The notes under the pieces are model-generated. The model searched no databases. It was not told the origin of the DNA and saw only the letters and a list, made by a program, of their open reading frames with translations. DNA of 64,000 bases from Eledone cirrhosa (taxonomy: Eukaryota), in contig OZ024742.1 in the NCBI GenBank assembly GCA_964016885.1, positions 295,926,001-295,990,000 of the forward strand. The letters run 5' to 3'. Position numbers and translations under genes: made by a program. Of this stretch, positions 25,235 to 39,400 are shown piece after piece (the first letter of the stretch is position 1; each line of letters begins with the position of its first letter).

Positions 25235-25930
25235 GGATTGGTAGAATCATTAGGGTGTCGAGCAAAATGTTTTGCATATATAGTGACAGTCTTTTATCTA
25301 CTGCGTTCAAATCCCACCAAGGTTAATCTTATCTTTTTGAGGCTGTTAAAATAGATGCCAGTTGTGTACTTAGGTATTTGACTCTACCCCTCTCCAGCTT
25401 TTGAGGTGTTGTGTGCCTATGTTAGAAATGCATGTTTAAACTAATGGGTGATGAATTAGTAGAATTGAGAGTCAGACAAAATTACCTTGTGTATTTAGAT
25501 ATTGCATTTTACATTCTAAGTTCAAATTCTGCCAAAGTTAACTTTCCTTTTATCTCTGAGGTTAATGAAATATATGCTAGCTGAGCTTTGGTGTTAAGTA
25601 AATAGTTGACTGCAAACCAATATTTAAAATAATGACCATGAGATTAATTGCCTATCTACTGAAATTCTCAAATTCTTAACTATCTCAGAATTCCTACATT
25701 AGTAAGAATTCTGAAATAAAATTTAAATTAATAAGTAAAAGATTGGCAGAACTGTTAGAGCATCAGACAAAATTATGGTCCTTTATATTGTAAGTTCAAA
25801 TCTTGCCATGATTAACAGTGCCATTCACGCTTCCAAGATCACTAAAACAATGTATCAGTCAGGTACTAATGTCAATTTAGTTGATTATATACACTCCCTC
25901 AAAATGTGAGGTCTTGTGCCCATGTCAAAA
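25235..25930 (+). mobile_element. Cluster of three old SINE family 1 copies
   Basis: Repeated ttgg(c/t)agaa..gttcaaat..gttaact motifs. Confidence 0.65.
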
Positions 25931-26487
25931 TACATTAAACTCTATTCAAAGAGCACTAGGGTTTTACTAATGTTTGCTTCCTTCATCTAGCTGCACTGGC
26001 AGAAGATATACACATACACCTAAAGGATCCCATAACTGCTTGAGAGTCATAGAGGCACCATCATATGGTCTATCTAGGGCAATTTTAGACCTGGCAGAGC
26101 CCATCCCTCTCCAGGTCTGAACACAGCCGATTTTTTCAATAGAGGAAGAATTGACCCCACTACTGGACTGGACTGGTACTTTTTTTTATTGACCTTGAAA
26201 GGATGAATGGCAAAGTTGACTATGGCAGGATTTGAACTCAGAGCGCGCAATGAGGTGGTACAAATACGATAAAGCAGTCTCTCCAATGTCTTAACGATTC
26301 TGCCAATTCACCGCATACACACATACATAAATACAGGCACATATATATACACATACATACACACACATAACATAAACACACTCACTGATCATGGTATTCT
26401 GCACAGTTTCTATCTACCAAACTGGGGTAGAATCTGCAACCATTTGGTTGTGAAGTAAACATTTTAGCCATACATCCATGCCTATAC

Positions 26488-27090
26488 CTTGTTATCTTCT
26501 ATAACTATTGCTATAATTATTATTGATAAAGCAATAATTATTCTTTCATCACTGCTTTTATATCTGCCTCTTCAATACTGGCTCAGGTTATACTAATTTT
26601 CTTTAAATTGAAGATGTCTAGCAACCATAAAAGGCAAATTGGTCTTGATTTGTAGGCTTTAGTTTCTCTGTATTAATAACTTATTTGAACTAAAAATTTT
26701 ACTCTGAATTATTTTATTGATTAAGCATTTAAATCTTCAAAGTATTTGTCAACCCAAGACTGTAGTAGAAGAGACTCAAAGTATTGTGCAATATGATCAA
26801 ATCTAATTCCATGTTTGTGAAGCATACTTCTCAGTCACACATCCAAGCATGTGCCTTGCTCTGTTCTATAACTATCATCATAATTATCATTTCATCATTG
26901 CTTTTATAGCCGCTTCTTCAATACTGGCACAGGTTAGACTAATTTTCTCTAAATTGCAGATGTCTAAGAATCATAAAAGGCAAAGTGGTGTTGATTTGTA
27001 GGTCTGAGTTAGTTTGTGTTAATAACTTATTTGAACTAAATTTTTAAACTGAATTAATTCAGCGATTGAAAGCATTTACATCTTCAAAGG
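26488..27090. repeat. Diverged local direct duplication (~240-bp units at 26488-26740 and 26856-27090)
   Basis: Both units share cttcaatactggc.caggtta.actaattttct.taaattg.agatgtcta..cataaaaggcaaa..gatttgtagg..aataacttatttgaactaaa. Confidence 0.85.
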
Positions 27091-27395
27091 AAAGAGAATA
27101 CAGCATACAGAACACAACAGAAATAGTAGTTCATCTTCTGTGAACTTTGATACAGATAAATATGTATTAATACTACCACATTTCATCTCAGCACTTTGAT
27201 ACAGAATAGTAAATTGATTTGCCTTTAGATTACATCTTAGTGGGTCAGAAAGCTTCAGTGGTATTGAAGTAAATGTTTCTTGAATTAAACTTTGGTGTAT
27301 GTTCTCTATTTCTGGTAGATTCAGCAAATAATCTTTGATCAGGCATCTGATATTTATTTTAAATTTCTCTATTTGTCCTTAATAACATTGCATTG

Positions 27396-27800
27396 TCTTC
27401 ATCTTGTGTGTGTGTGCGTAGTTTCATCTCCTCTGTATGTGTGTGTGTCATGTGTGTATCTTCATCTCCTGTGTGTGTGTGTACATTCATTTCCTCTGTG
27501 TATATGTGTGTGTGTGTATCATGTGTGTGTATCTTCATCTCCAGTGTGTGTGTGTCATAATCATTTGTGTGTGCCATTTGTGAGTGATTTCAATTTATGT
27601 GTGTAATATGTGTCTTTGTTCCATGTGTGGGTATGTGTCTTTGTTCCATGTGTGTGTATGTCTTTGTTCCATGTGTGTGTATGTCTTTGTTCTGTGTGTG
27701 TATGTCTTTGTTCTGTGTGTGTATGTCTTAGTTCCATATGTGTTATATAAGTGTGTCTTTGTTCCATATGTGTCCCATATGTGTGTGTATGTGTCATTAT
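27396..27800. repeat. Compound (TG)-based minisatellite
   Basis: Units of tcttcatctcc(tg)n, then tatgtctttgttcca(tg)n. Confidence 0.9.
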
Positions 27801-28052
27801 GTCATTTAAGTCAGACATATTTCCTTTTATATAATTCAATCTCTGACGTGTAAGCCACTTAATGAACCAATTAATTATTCAGCATATAATTATTCTGTAT
27901 AATTTAATGTCTATGTCATGAAATAAAATGGCAAGGAAATATGAATGTTATTCCCTAAACTTACAGTGAAATGACATAAATTCGTAACTAATAGGCTAAA
28001 GTTTCAGCTATTGCATCTATTGTGAAGTAAATGTTTAACCCTTTCATTACTA

Positions 28053-28563
28053 TCTAAACTATAATAAAGGAAGGTCTGCAGGATTGCGTACGGTTTTTTT
28101 TTTATCCCATTTGTAAAATAAGTTGGATTACTTCGAATAAATAATGAATGAATATTACATAATTTGTCTACTCAATTTCGTAAATAAAAATAATTTCGTA
28201 AAAATAAATAATTTAAAATTGACTTCTTTTCAAAGTTGCCCTTCCTGTATATCGTCGCCACTTCAACTACCATATATATAGAGTGTGTGATGTCAACACT
28301 TCCGGTGGTGATTGCTTAAATAAACATACTAATTTTCTCCTAATGCAGTTTATATATAATATCCTCTTTTTTAATGTATCATGGATTACGTTACTGCTTA
28401 CATAAGACAATGTAACACAGTCTTTGATCAATTTCTGTGTATATTGTCAATTACGATTTTATTTGATGTATCATATCTACATGTATATATACCTGCGTAT
28501 AGTATCAATATACACATTACACATGCTAGCAGAAAACCACCCGAAGTGTGGTTTTTCTGCTAG
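28053..28563 (+). mobile_element. Non-autonomous Helitron
   Basis: 5' TCTAAACTATAATAAAGG, 3' hairpin and CTAG terminus, inserted between A and T with no TSD, splitting the MITE end ccctttcattacta|tatttc. Confidence 0.85.
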
Positions 28564-29594
28564 TATTTCTCATGTAGTGTACACTCTATCATTTAAAAAA
28601 TAGCTTGGAAAATGATATAGAATTATTAAGTTGATGTTTGGCGGATAGCTTGAAGATTCTTGCATAGAATTAATTATAGTGGGAGGTTTTTAAATGAATA
28701 TTAACACTTTTAAAAAAATAGTTTGTATTTTAGAACTAGAAACAGTTTTATGTGGATTTGTATATAAAGGGTTAGCTTTATTTTATGAGATGAGCATAGG
28801 AACTTTAATTAATCAAGACTATACCTGTATTGTGGAAAGGTAAGCATATTTGAACAATGATTAAAGAATACTGTAATGTGTGTTGTTGACATGACAAAAA
28901 CTGCCCTGCACACACTGTAAGGTGGTCATATAGGTATCACAACAAAAAGCACCCAATACACACTGTAAATGTGATTGGTATTAGGAAGAACATCCAGCTG
29001 TAGAAACCAAACTAAAATCAGTTCTGTGTGAGCAAAACACAGTCCTCTGAGCTGGCTTATTTCACAACGGGATAGCTTGTCTAACTCATGCTAGCATGGT
29101 AAATGGGCATTAAATGGTGATGGTATATTTACTGTTTAGCGTGGAATAGAAGAGCAATGTCTATAATCATTTCAGTATCTTAGTGAGAGAGGAAAATATT
29201 CCCAAATTGGAGATTTGGCCTGAATGCTTGCACCAGGTTGGATTTCACTAAATGCATCTGAGGTCCAGCACCTGGTGTTATACTGAGCAATGGATTAAAT
29301 CTACTAACATATAGTTAGATTTGAACTTAGAATGCAGAGAACTAGAACAAACACTGTAAGGAATCTCGTGCAGCTGTCTAACAATTTTTCCAATCTATCA
29401 CCCTGGACTGATACTGTATGTTATTGACTCTGAAAGGATGATAGACAAGATTGACCATGGTGGGATTTGAACTTGGGGCTCAGAGTACCAGAATAATTAC
29501 CACAAGGCATTTAGTTTTATGCCAATTTGTCAGCTCAAAACTAAATTAATGGAAGTTCGTGAAAAGATACTTTTTAGTTGAGAACTTAAATAAT

Positions 29595-30063
29595 CTATAA
29601 TTCTTTAATTCAGTATTTATGCCAACCCTGACTGCTGGTCATGAATCTAGGGTAATGACTGAAAGAATACAATCATGAATACAAGTAGCCAAAATGGAGT
29701 TCCCCCGAAGCGTCTTTGGAGTAATGTCACTCAATAGAGGGCTTAACTCGGAGATCAGAGAGTCACTCCAGGTAGAGCCGCTATTTCTCCGAATTGAGAG
29801 ATCACAGCTCCGATACTATCAGCACGTGGTTAGAATGTCTCAAAAAAGAATCACTGGACAGATTTTATGGGATAAACAAACCAGCAAGAGACCCAGGGAT
29901 AGACCCCGAGTAAGATGGTTGGATAACATCGTTGAGGTTGGCTGGTCATGCTTGGGAAGCCAGCCAGATCAGTTGGAGTCAGTTGCTTCTAACAGGACCC
30001 ACTGGAAAGAGTGTTTGAGCACTCTGCCCCTCAACCCTCTCAGGAATAAGTAGGCAAAGAAGA
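29595..30063 (+). mobile_element. 5'-truncated RTE (Expander/Rex3-like) LINE with 14-bp TSD
   Basis: IRESLQVEPLFLRIERSQLRYYQHVVRM..RPRDRPRVRWLDNI; TSD agaacttaaataat at 29581-29594 and 30064-30077; (GAA)n tail. Confidence 0.9.
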
Positions 30064-30499
30064 AGAACTTAAATAATGCATGCCCCCACCTTTCATCATA
30101 TGGCTATATATATGTTGCCATTTTGCTTACATAAAATGATTAATGTTTCAAATATTCAGTTGTTTCTCCTCACCACAACAATTTTGTGTACTCTGTCCTT
30201 TAAATTCACATATTGTACATCAAAGCTTGATGTTTGATTTACTCTCTTATTATAGTTGTTTTGTCCAGTATTAATCATATTGCTAGAGATTGTTATAAAT
30301 GTTCTAGAAACATTATTATTCTCTCATTAGCAAAATAATTGATTATTGTTTGATTTTCATGATTGTTCCAAAACATATTCAGTTTGAATTTTTGATAGTT
30401 ATGATCTAAATTCAGTATTGCCATTGTTTCATAAAACAATAATAAAAAATAAGTAAAAACTCAAAGTACATTTATTACCATTTCATTCGTTCTGTCACC

Positions 30500-30768
30500 T
30501 CCCCAGCCTCCCATGTGTAGATGCCATAACGAAAATCCCCCAGCCCACACTATAAAGTGGTCATGTAGGTGTCATGACAAAAACCACCCAGTAATCACTG
30601 TAAATGAGTATGGCATTGGGAAGGGCATCCAGCTGTAGAAACCAAGCTAAAATCAGTTCTGTATGAACAAGACATGGTCACCTGATTTAGCATTGCCCAC
30701 AACTGGACAACTCGTCTAACCCATGCTAGTGTGGAAAATAGATGTAAAACAGTGATGATGATGAGGAT
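30500..30768 (+). mobile_element. RTE 3'UTR-only insertion (others near 13230, 28900, 31010, 35815, 47300)
   Basis: aagggcatccagctgtagaaacc..catgctagtgtggaaaatagatgtaaaacagtgatgatg. Confidence 0.75.
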
Positions 30769-33321
30769 GTCTGCTTCTCTGGACTGAAATGCTGTGATTT
30801 TATTTTCATAATTAATCTTACATTTTGCATTACCCTGATGAGATCCAGCTTAAATCAAAATATGAAGTTGTGATTAAAATCTTTCAGATTTTTTTTTATC
30901 ATCCTTACTAAATAAATAAATACAAGATAGAATTAAGATGTTTCTGCAGTTGAATTTTACTGCTAAAGTTTTTCCTATGAAATAGCAAAATATAAGGAAA
31001 AGTAACCAGCCCACTATGTAAAGTGATGGTGCCAGTTCCACAGTAGAACCCCCCAGTCCAATCTGTAAAGCAGTAATTCTGGTGTCATGATAAAATGTAC
31101 ACAGTTTGTTTTGTAAGGTGTAAGTGCTGGTGTCCTAAAAAAATGCTCCTAGTCTACTCAGTAAAATGGTAGTTTCAATGTCATGATAAAATGCACCCAG
31201 TCTTGGTTAAAAATTCTGTGAAGTTACTGAGTACAGCAGGTACATGAAGACAGAAGAAGGCCAGAGCAGAAAACAGCAGAAATGTTTTGATTATAACAAC
31301 CAAGATGAGGATAACAGTCAAAATAAATCAGTGTCTGTTAATAATATAGGAATACATAATGTTTTCATTATCATCCTGTTTTCCATGCTGGTTTACCAGT
31401 TTTCTTCATTAAACTTATTTATACTAAACCACTTAAAATTAGCCCTGGTTCTATAATATACAACTGCTTATTTTAAAGTGTTTATATTCATTGAAAAACC
31501 TTCTATTATAATTCTATTAGAGAACCTTTGGTAAGTTTTGCTCCAAGCACCAACTTATTAGATTCTTAGTTATATCACTAAATCCTTCCATATTCGTGAT
31601 TATTTTCAAATTAATTTGGAAATCACAACATGGTTTGAATAAAGAGTTTAATTCAAATACTCTCAGAATGTTGATGAATATGACAGGCAACTGAAAAAGG
31701 CCTCAGCAAACAATAGCGAAAACATTGAGAATATAACAACCACAGTGAGGATACAAGTCTGAAAAGATTATTTTCTGATAATCATATAAGACTCTCCAAA
31801 GTTATCTTCTTCATAATTATTTTATGTCCATTTTACATGTTACCATACCAGTTTTCTTTAATATATATTTAAGCATATTTCTTATTGAATAAAAAAAAAA
31901 TGTCTTAAGATATTTGAGATACTGGAATGATTTAGATTTTCTGCCATAATGAAACAGTTTGAGTAATTATGGACGATGTGTTTGTAGTGATTATTGGTTA
32001 TTCAAAAATATCTCTGTATCAGAACTCCTTAAAAATATGTTGATGTATAATTGTTTGCTTTGAACTAAAGGAAAATAATTTGAGCTCTAAACAATTGGCA
32101 ATTTGTCACAGCTGCTTGTGAATAAACACTGTGCTGCACATTGTGTATACTTATAGCAGATTGTGAACTAGGAGACTAAACATTAAGATTAACTCTGCAG
32201 ATATAATATATAAGATATCTCTACTGATATAATATATAGGATATCTCTCCTGATATCACATGGGAAGATTGAGAAAATGAAGCAATAATAATGACATTTT
32301 TCACTACTTGTTTTCTATATGAATCTTCAACCATGGTGGAAGAAAACTCATAAAGAATGTTATGAACTGAAAATATATGAAATGTTTAACCCTTTTGTTA
32401 CAATATTTCTATTGAAATAATTAAGAAATCAAACTACTGTAGTAAAGGTGTAAAGATTAGCTCCCTTTAATTCCAGACACCAGTAGTTAATAATGAAAAA
32501 GTTATATTACTGAATAACTCCAAAGTTTTTATCATTTTCAAAATTATTTGAAAATTATAAGCAGTGTCTTTCATTAGAAATATAGTAATGAAAGAGTTAA
32601 AAATGCTAACACACTCTCTATTCAAACAATGTTCTCTACACCACTAGAAGTTAAAAGTTATTTCTCCAGATAACCTTTAATTATATAAGATAACATTTTG
32701 ATGAATAAATTCAGTTTTCACAACATTTTACAACAATTTTATAACGATAAAACCAAACCAAACTAAAACATTAACAACACTATAGCAATAAGAGTAGAAT
32801 AACTGTCATTAGAGTAATGGACTTATTTAAATATTATTTGAATATGTAAAACTGAAGTAGCAGCATGATGTCTTGTAGAGATTTATGTTTTCTTTTTATA
32901 ACTACTACAGCATACTTTCTCTGGTTGGTGATTCCTACTTTAAAAATTAACTTACTCTCTTCAATTTTACATCTATTTACGCATATATTTCCTCTGGAAA
33001 CTATCTTCAGTGCTATTTGATGTTAGCTAATTAATTCTCATTGAAGTAAAATCTTGTGGTAACACTTTTCCAATATTTTTATTTTTTAATATATAATTTA
33101 ATGTTCAACTATGGAGAGCTAAACTACACTATACATAAAATATTTTAGAAATTTATTGCTGGAAAATAAATCATATTTTGAATTTTGAAAGTATGTCAGC
33201 TGCTATATTACTTTCTTTGTAGCAAGCAACATACAATAGGCTAACATACTTTCAAAATTACTCAATGCTTTCTAAATATGATTGAAATCTTATTTTATTA
33301 TTGATTGGTAGTAGGACGGTG

Positions 33322-33736
33322 GATGGGCACTATCAATAGAGCATCGGACAACATGCTTCGTAGCATAGAGTTAAGGCCCTTTGTGTTCTGAGTTAAAATT
33401 CTGCCATGGTTAACTTTGCCTTTCATCCCTACGGGTCGATAAAATAAAGTACAAGTAATGCACTGGGGTCAATTTGAGTTGACTTTCCCCTTCCCTTCAA
33501 ATTTCTGGCCTTGTGCCTATAGTAGAAACAATTATTGATTGGTAGTATCGGTAGAGCATCAGACAACATGCTTTGTGGTCCATTACATTCTTAATTCAAA
33601 TCCCACCGAGGTTAGCTTTGCTTTTCATCCTTACGGAGTCGATAAGATAAAGTACCAGTAATGCACTAGGGTCAATTCAATTGACTTTACCCTCTCCCAA
33701 AATTATTGGCCTTGTGTCTAATTCAGAAACAATTAT
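33322..33736 (+). mobile_element. Two tandem SINE family 1 copies
   Basis: The second copy begins at 33538, in the (TTA) tail of the first. Confidence 0.85.
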
Positions 33737-36461
33737 ATATATATTGATAGTCAATTGACTTTCGTCAAATTGGACCGAGGAAACAATGTTTCCATTGGTC
33801 TTTCCAATTGCTAATACTTTCTATCAGTCGCAACTCCAAGTAGAAGGAGCAACATGAAATAAAGTGTCTTGCCCAAGGACATAAAGCATCGCCTGATCCA
33901 GGAATCGAACTCACAACTTCAGGATTGAGAGGCCAACTACTCAGCCATGTGCCAATTATATATATATATAAAATATAACAAACTTAAGCCCAAATATATA
34001 TATACATACACATACGCACATATTTGTTTAGGGATACCTACTGAGTATATGTGAATATGTATGTGAATATGTGTATGTATATGTGCTAAATCATCATCGT
34101 CATCAATTTTACATCTACTTTTCCAAGCTCTCATGAGTTGAGTAAGCTTGTTTGAAGCTAAATTCTCAGTATAATGAAGTATAAGATATAGCATCATACA
34201 TACTTGGATAGTCTGGGGTCTGTTTCTTTTGTTTTCTCCTATTTGTGCTATTTCAGAATCATCATCAATGAGTTCCAAATGTCTGATGAACTTGTAGTGG
34301 TGTTGTCATGATAAACAGTATGTTTAAGATAATAAAATCTATCAGACCTCACCCCTCTCTAGATTTGTTATGAGAGAGGGAGAGAGAGAGAATCTCCTCT
34401 ACTGGGCTGGTATTTATTTATCAACTTTGAAAAGATGAAAGCAAAGTTGATCTTGGTAGGATTTGAGATTAGAGTGCAGAAAGCCAGAAAGAATACTGTA
34501 AGACATTCTATTGAGTGCCCTAATGACTCTACCAGTTTGCTCTTTCTCTGCTTTGATATGTCCTTTGCTTCTATTAGTTTCCTGATTCTTAACACTTATA
34601 CTGTGCGAAACTTTCTGAAAACAATGTTAAATAATTCTTCACACTCTTTTAACATGATTTGCACTCAACTTCAAACAATGTTTTGCATTTTTCAACTTTC
34701 AAATCTTAGATTTTGTGGAGAATTATTGACAAACCTCATTTTATATTTTCAAATGGCTGTTAGGTATCACTGTTTGCTCAATAAATCCAGCAGTACATTT
34801 CAGTACACACCAGGGACATCAATAATGTATTAGATGACCAAGTATTTCATGTTTTATATTGTATATAGTTCTTTATTTTCATTGTTTACAAATTGATTTA
34901 TAAGTGTGTAAAATCAAACATCGTAGAAAAAAGAATTTTCTGTGGTTTCAACAATTTTCAATTACATTTTATATTCAATCTTTCTTTCAAATGAAATTGA
35001 GTTCCATTTACAAGAAGTCTTTTAAAGGGCAGATCTTTTCTGGGCCTATAGTGATATCAAGCAGGAGGAGTATATCTGTTAACACAACAAGCATTAAATA
35101 GTGCAAGACATTTCTTTAGATAGACCAGCAGGCTGTTGCAAGAGTAACCCTCACTTGCTACAGGTACACGTTTTTCAATTTGAAGGGTCTCAAGAACTAT
35201 GAAATGAAGTGCACAATGCACTGTCTAATCTGGGAATCAAATCTATGATCTTACAATCAGGAGCCCAACACTCTAACCACAAAGCCATGTATCTACAGAA
35301 AAGTACCTTTTCTTAAAATATTCATTTACTTTATATCTAGCCTAGTGCATTTCATATAGTGCCAAAGCTAGTCAAATAGCTTTCTGGCTAACTTTTTTCA
35401 TACCAAATTTCATGAAGCTACCCCTGGTTCTACAATTCAAAATTATTTGTTTATTTAAAGACCTTCTATTAACATTTTATGGAAGATGCCTTAAGATATG
35501 TTTCAAATACAAGCTTAATAATGAGGAAAATATTACATTTAAAATTATTTTCAAAATTATCCAAATTTCAAAATCATAGACTGTCTTTCATTAAAAAATA
35601 GCTACACAATGGTTAAATAGGTTAAAATCTGAGGAAAATATGATGTTGAAATACATCAAATGTATTAATACACACACACGCACATGCACGTCAACATCAT
35701 CATTATTCAACATGTTTTCTCAGCTAATATATATATATATATATGTGTGTGTATGTGTGTGTGTGTTTGTGTGTAAGAGGGTAGTCCTGATGCCTCGATA
35801 AAATCTGCTTAGCCCACTCTGTAAAGTCATAGTCTTCATGAGTATTGGTGCCATGACAAAATGTTTCCAGTTTACACTATATAGTGTTAGTGCTGGTGTC
35901 AGGAAAAAAAGCACCCTGCTCACCCCATTAGGTGGATGTGCTGGCCCCATGATAAACTGCTCCCTGTACATGCTGTAATGTGGTTGGCATTAGTATGGGC
36001 ATCCAGCTATAAAAACAATGCTAGGTCTAGCCTCAAAATGTGATGGCGCATCTAACATATGCAAGCATGGAAAATAGACATTAAACTGTGATGATGATGA
36101 AGACAATGCACATATATATACATTGTTATTTGTAGATGCCAACATATCGATCATCAACCACATAATACAGCTATTTTGACTGGTCAATTACTTCATCACT
36201 CTGTGGTTGATTGATTGAACACAAAATGTGTAAACAAGAAATTATAGAAATTTTATCTTTTACAGATTAATGTGCAACTTTTTCTGATGGGTCAATCAGT
36301 TTTAAGATGTATAGATTTCTGGAATTATCATGTATAAATTAAGTTGCCCTTAGATATGTTGCATGAAACTACAAGATAGAGGTTGATATATAGTGTCCTA
36401 TCATGATGATCATTTTTAATTTGCTGTCATAATAAATTATAAACACCTATATGTATATATA

Positions 36462-38445
36462 TCATCATCATCACCGTTTTACGTCCGTTCTTCCATGCTA
36501 GCATAAGTTAGACGGGTTGTCCTGTTGTGGGCAGTGTCTGGTCAGCTGACCATGCCTTGCTCATACAGGAACTGATTTGGGCTTGATTTCTTCAGCTGGA
36601 TGCCCTTCCTAACACCAACCTCATTTACAGTGAGTGCTGGGTGCTTTTTTCTGTGGTGGTACACGTCCACTTTACAGTGTGGGCTGGGTGCTTTTTTGCC
36701 GTGGCACCTCCACGACCACTTTGCAGTGGCAGGGTGTGGGGGCATATTGTCTATATGCTTCAGCTTGTACCCATGGGTGGTCGGGTACTCTGTATTACTG
36801 CGTGACGCCAGAGGTCACGGTCGTGTGTCATCGCCTTTGAGAGGTGCAACTGGGTAAAGTCGGCCCCTATCACCTCATCCCAGGTCTTCTTGGGTCTCCC
36901 CACTCCGTGGCTTCCATTGACTTCTGGTGCTCTGCACCTTTTTATGCAGCTGTCATCCTTCATACGCATCACATGTCCATACCAATGCAACCACCTCTCC
37001 TGCACACAGCATTTGATTCCTCTTATGCTCAGTCTCTCTCTCAATTCATTTATGCTTTGCCGTTCGCGTATATTACTATTACACATCCATCGGAGCATGC
37101 AGGCTTCGTTTCTCTCTAATCTACGTAAGTCTTCCACCTTCAGCGCCCAGGTCTCACTACCATGTAACATTGCTGTTCGTATACACGCATCATACAGTTT
37201 GCCTTTCATTTTGAGGGAAACGCCTTTTGCAGCTAGCAGTGGCAGTAGTTCTCTGAACTTCTTCCATCCCGTTCTTACCCTAGTTATTGTACTTTCCGAA
37301 CACCCACCTCCGCTGCCAATTCGGTCACCTAGGCTGCAAAAGCTGTCTACTGTTTCTACAGAGCCCTCCCAGAGATTGGTGGTACTTGTTTCCTGTGGCT
37401 GTTTGCTGCTTGCTGTCCCAGCACAGCTGCTACATGTGAAGCCTACATTCTTAATTAAGCTTCCTGAGATCCCACTACATCACTTGTGTACCCATTGTTT
37501 GCATTTGGGGCAGAGAATGGAGTTCCTACCTACACCTTTCCTACATACTGAGCAAGGCCATTTCCCTGAGGGGATCTGGGTTCTGTTTTCTAGTCTACTT
37601 ACAAGGACCTTAGTCTTTGTCAGGTTGACTTTGAGACCCTTTCTTTCTAGTTCCTGCTTCCAAGTTTGGAATTTATTCTCTAGTTCTACCATAGATTCAG
37701 CTATAAGTGCGAGGTCATCTGCATACAGGAGTTCCCATGGGCATCCGGTCTTAAACTCCTCCGTTATTGCCTGCAGGACTATGATGAACAGGAGAGGGCT
37801 AAGATCAGAGCACTGGTGGACACCAACCTGTACTCTAAATTCCTCACTATACTCATTGCTAATCCTAACTTTGCTGACTGCTCCTCTATACATGGCTTGT
37901 ACAGCTTTTACAAGCCATTCATCTACTCCTAGTTTTCTAAGAGCCCACCAGATTATAGCACGTGGAACTCTGTCAAAGGCTTTCTTGAGATCGACGAATG
38001 CCAGGTAGAGTGTCTTACCTTTAGCTAGGTACTTTTCCTGTAACTGCCTCACAAGTAAAAGGGCATCAGTGGTGCCTCTTCCTGGTACAAACCCAAATTG
38101 CTTCTCATCTAGTTTCACCCGGTCCCTAATCAACTGTGCTATAACTCTTTCTGTTACTTTCATGACCTGGTCCATCACCTCTATAGTTTCCTCTATCTAG
38201 TGCATCACCTTTACCTTTGTAGCAGTTGACAATGATGCTACAGCACCAATCTTTTGGTATGACACCTTCTAGTATTACCTGGTTAACAATATGTGTGGTT
38301 ATAGTGTGACCTACAGACCCAGATGCCTTCAGCATCTTGGCAGCTATACCCGATGGACCAGTTGCCTTCCCCATCTTCATATCTTTGATTGCCTTACTTA
38401 CTACGCTGCTGCTGACTTGTACTGCTGGCCCCTCTATAGGGTCTA
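36462..38445 (-). mobile_element. RTE-clade LINE, subfamily B, 5'-truncated and frameshifted
   Basis: ORF pieces 38126-38533, 37480-38178 and 36760-37209 with RT motifs (FVDLKKAFDRVP, LYADDL), PHD-like Cys cluster, 3'UTR and (GAT)n tail; both ends in TA-rich runs. Confidence 0.95.
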
Positions 38446-39069
38446 TATATATATATACCCACACATATATAAATTTACACGCACACACAAATATATATAT
38501 ATAGTCCATAACCATTAATATCTTCACTATCATCTACACCAATGTTATTATATAGACACTGCTTATGGTTGAAATAATTTTATAGTTTGTAATATACGTT
38601 TTTAATATTATAAAGTCTGTTAAAGTCATATTTAACATAATTTAACTTGTGTCAAGTTAACACATCATTTAAAAAATACTTTATTTATTTATGTATTTAT
38701 TTATTATTAAATTACATGCTGTAAAATGATGGCATTAGGAAGGGTATCCAGTCTTAAAAACTATGTCAAATATTAAAAGTATGAGCAAGATGTCTCTAAG
38801 CCAATTTAGTCTAAGACCATGACAACCCGTCCAATCCATGCCAAATTTGAAAACTGGTCTAAAAGGATAATGATGATGATGGTTCTTTTCATTCTGAGTT
38901 CAAATGCCATCAAGGTTAGCTTTGCCTTTTATCCTTACAGGTTTGATAAAATATAGTACCAGTAAGTCACTGGGATCGATTTAAACGACTTTCCCCTCCT
39001 CTTAAATTGCTGGCCTTGTGCCTAATTCAGAAATCATTATTTTTTTCTTTTTCATTTTATAAGCATAAT

Positions 39070-39400
39070 GGAGGCACATGGCTTATAGAGCATTGGCCTT
39101 GCAATCGAAAGGTTGTGAGTTCAATTCTCAGACTGGGTGATGTGTTGTTTCCTTGAGCAAGACACTTTATTTCACATTGCTCCAGTTTACTCAGCTGTAG
39201 AAATGAGATGATAGGGACTGGGGTCCATATCATTCCACTGCAAAGTGGTCGTGGAGGTGCCATGGCAAAAAAAGCACCCAGCACTCACTGTAAATGAGGT
39301 TGGTGTTATGAAGGGCATCTAGCTGTAGAAGTCGAGCCAGAATTAGTTCCCGTCCTACCCTTGCAAGCAGGGAAAAGCGGACGTAATAATGATGATGATG
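39070..39400 (+). mobile_element. SINE family 2 (RTE-tailed)
   Basis: Near-identical to 12217-12560, including the ccatatcat hairpin variant. Confidence 0.9.

Noticed and set aside
27359-27853. His/Thr- and Cys/Val-rich ORFs
   Set aside because: Translations of (CA/TG) minisatellite.
34257-34317. Exon-like segment (tttcag ... gtatgt)
   Set aside because: Stops in all three frames; it could only be non-coding or terminal, and there is no further support.
36890-38008. 372-aa + strand ORF (also 45789-46232, 46272-46772, 52980-53381, 53421-53795, 55137-55583, 55623-56255)
   Set aside because: These are antisense shadows of RTE coding sequence, with Ser/Leu/Phe-rich low-information translations and inconsistent starts and stops between copies.
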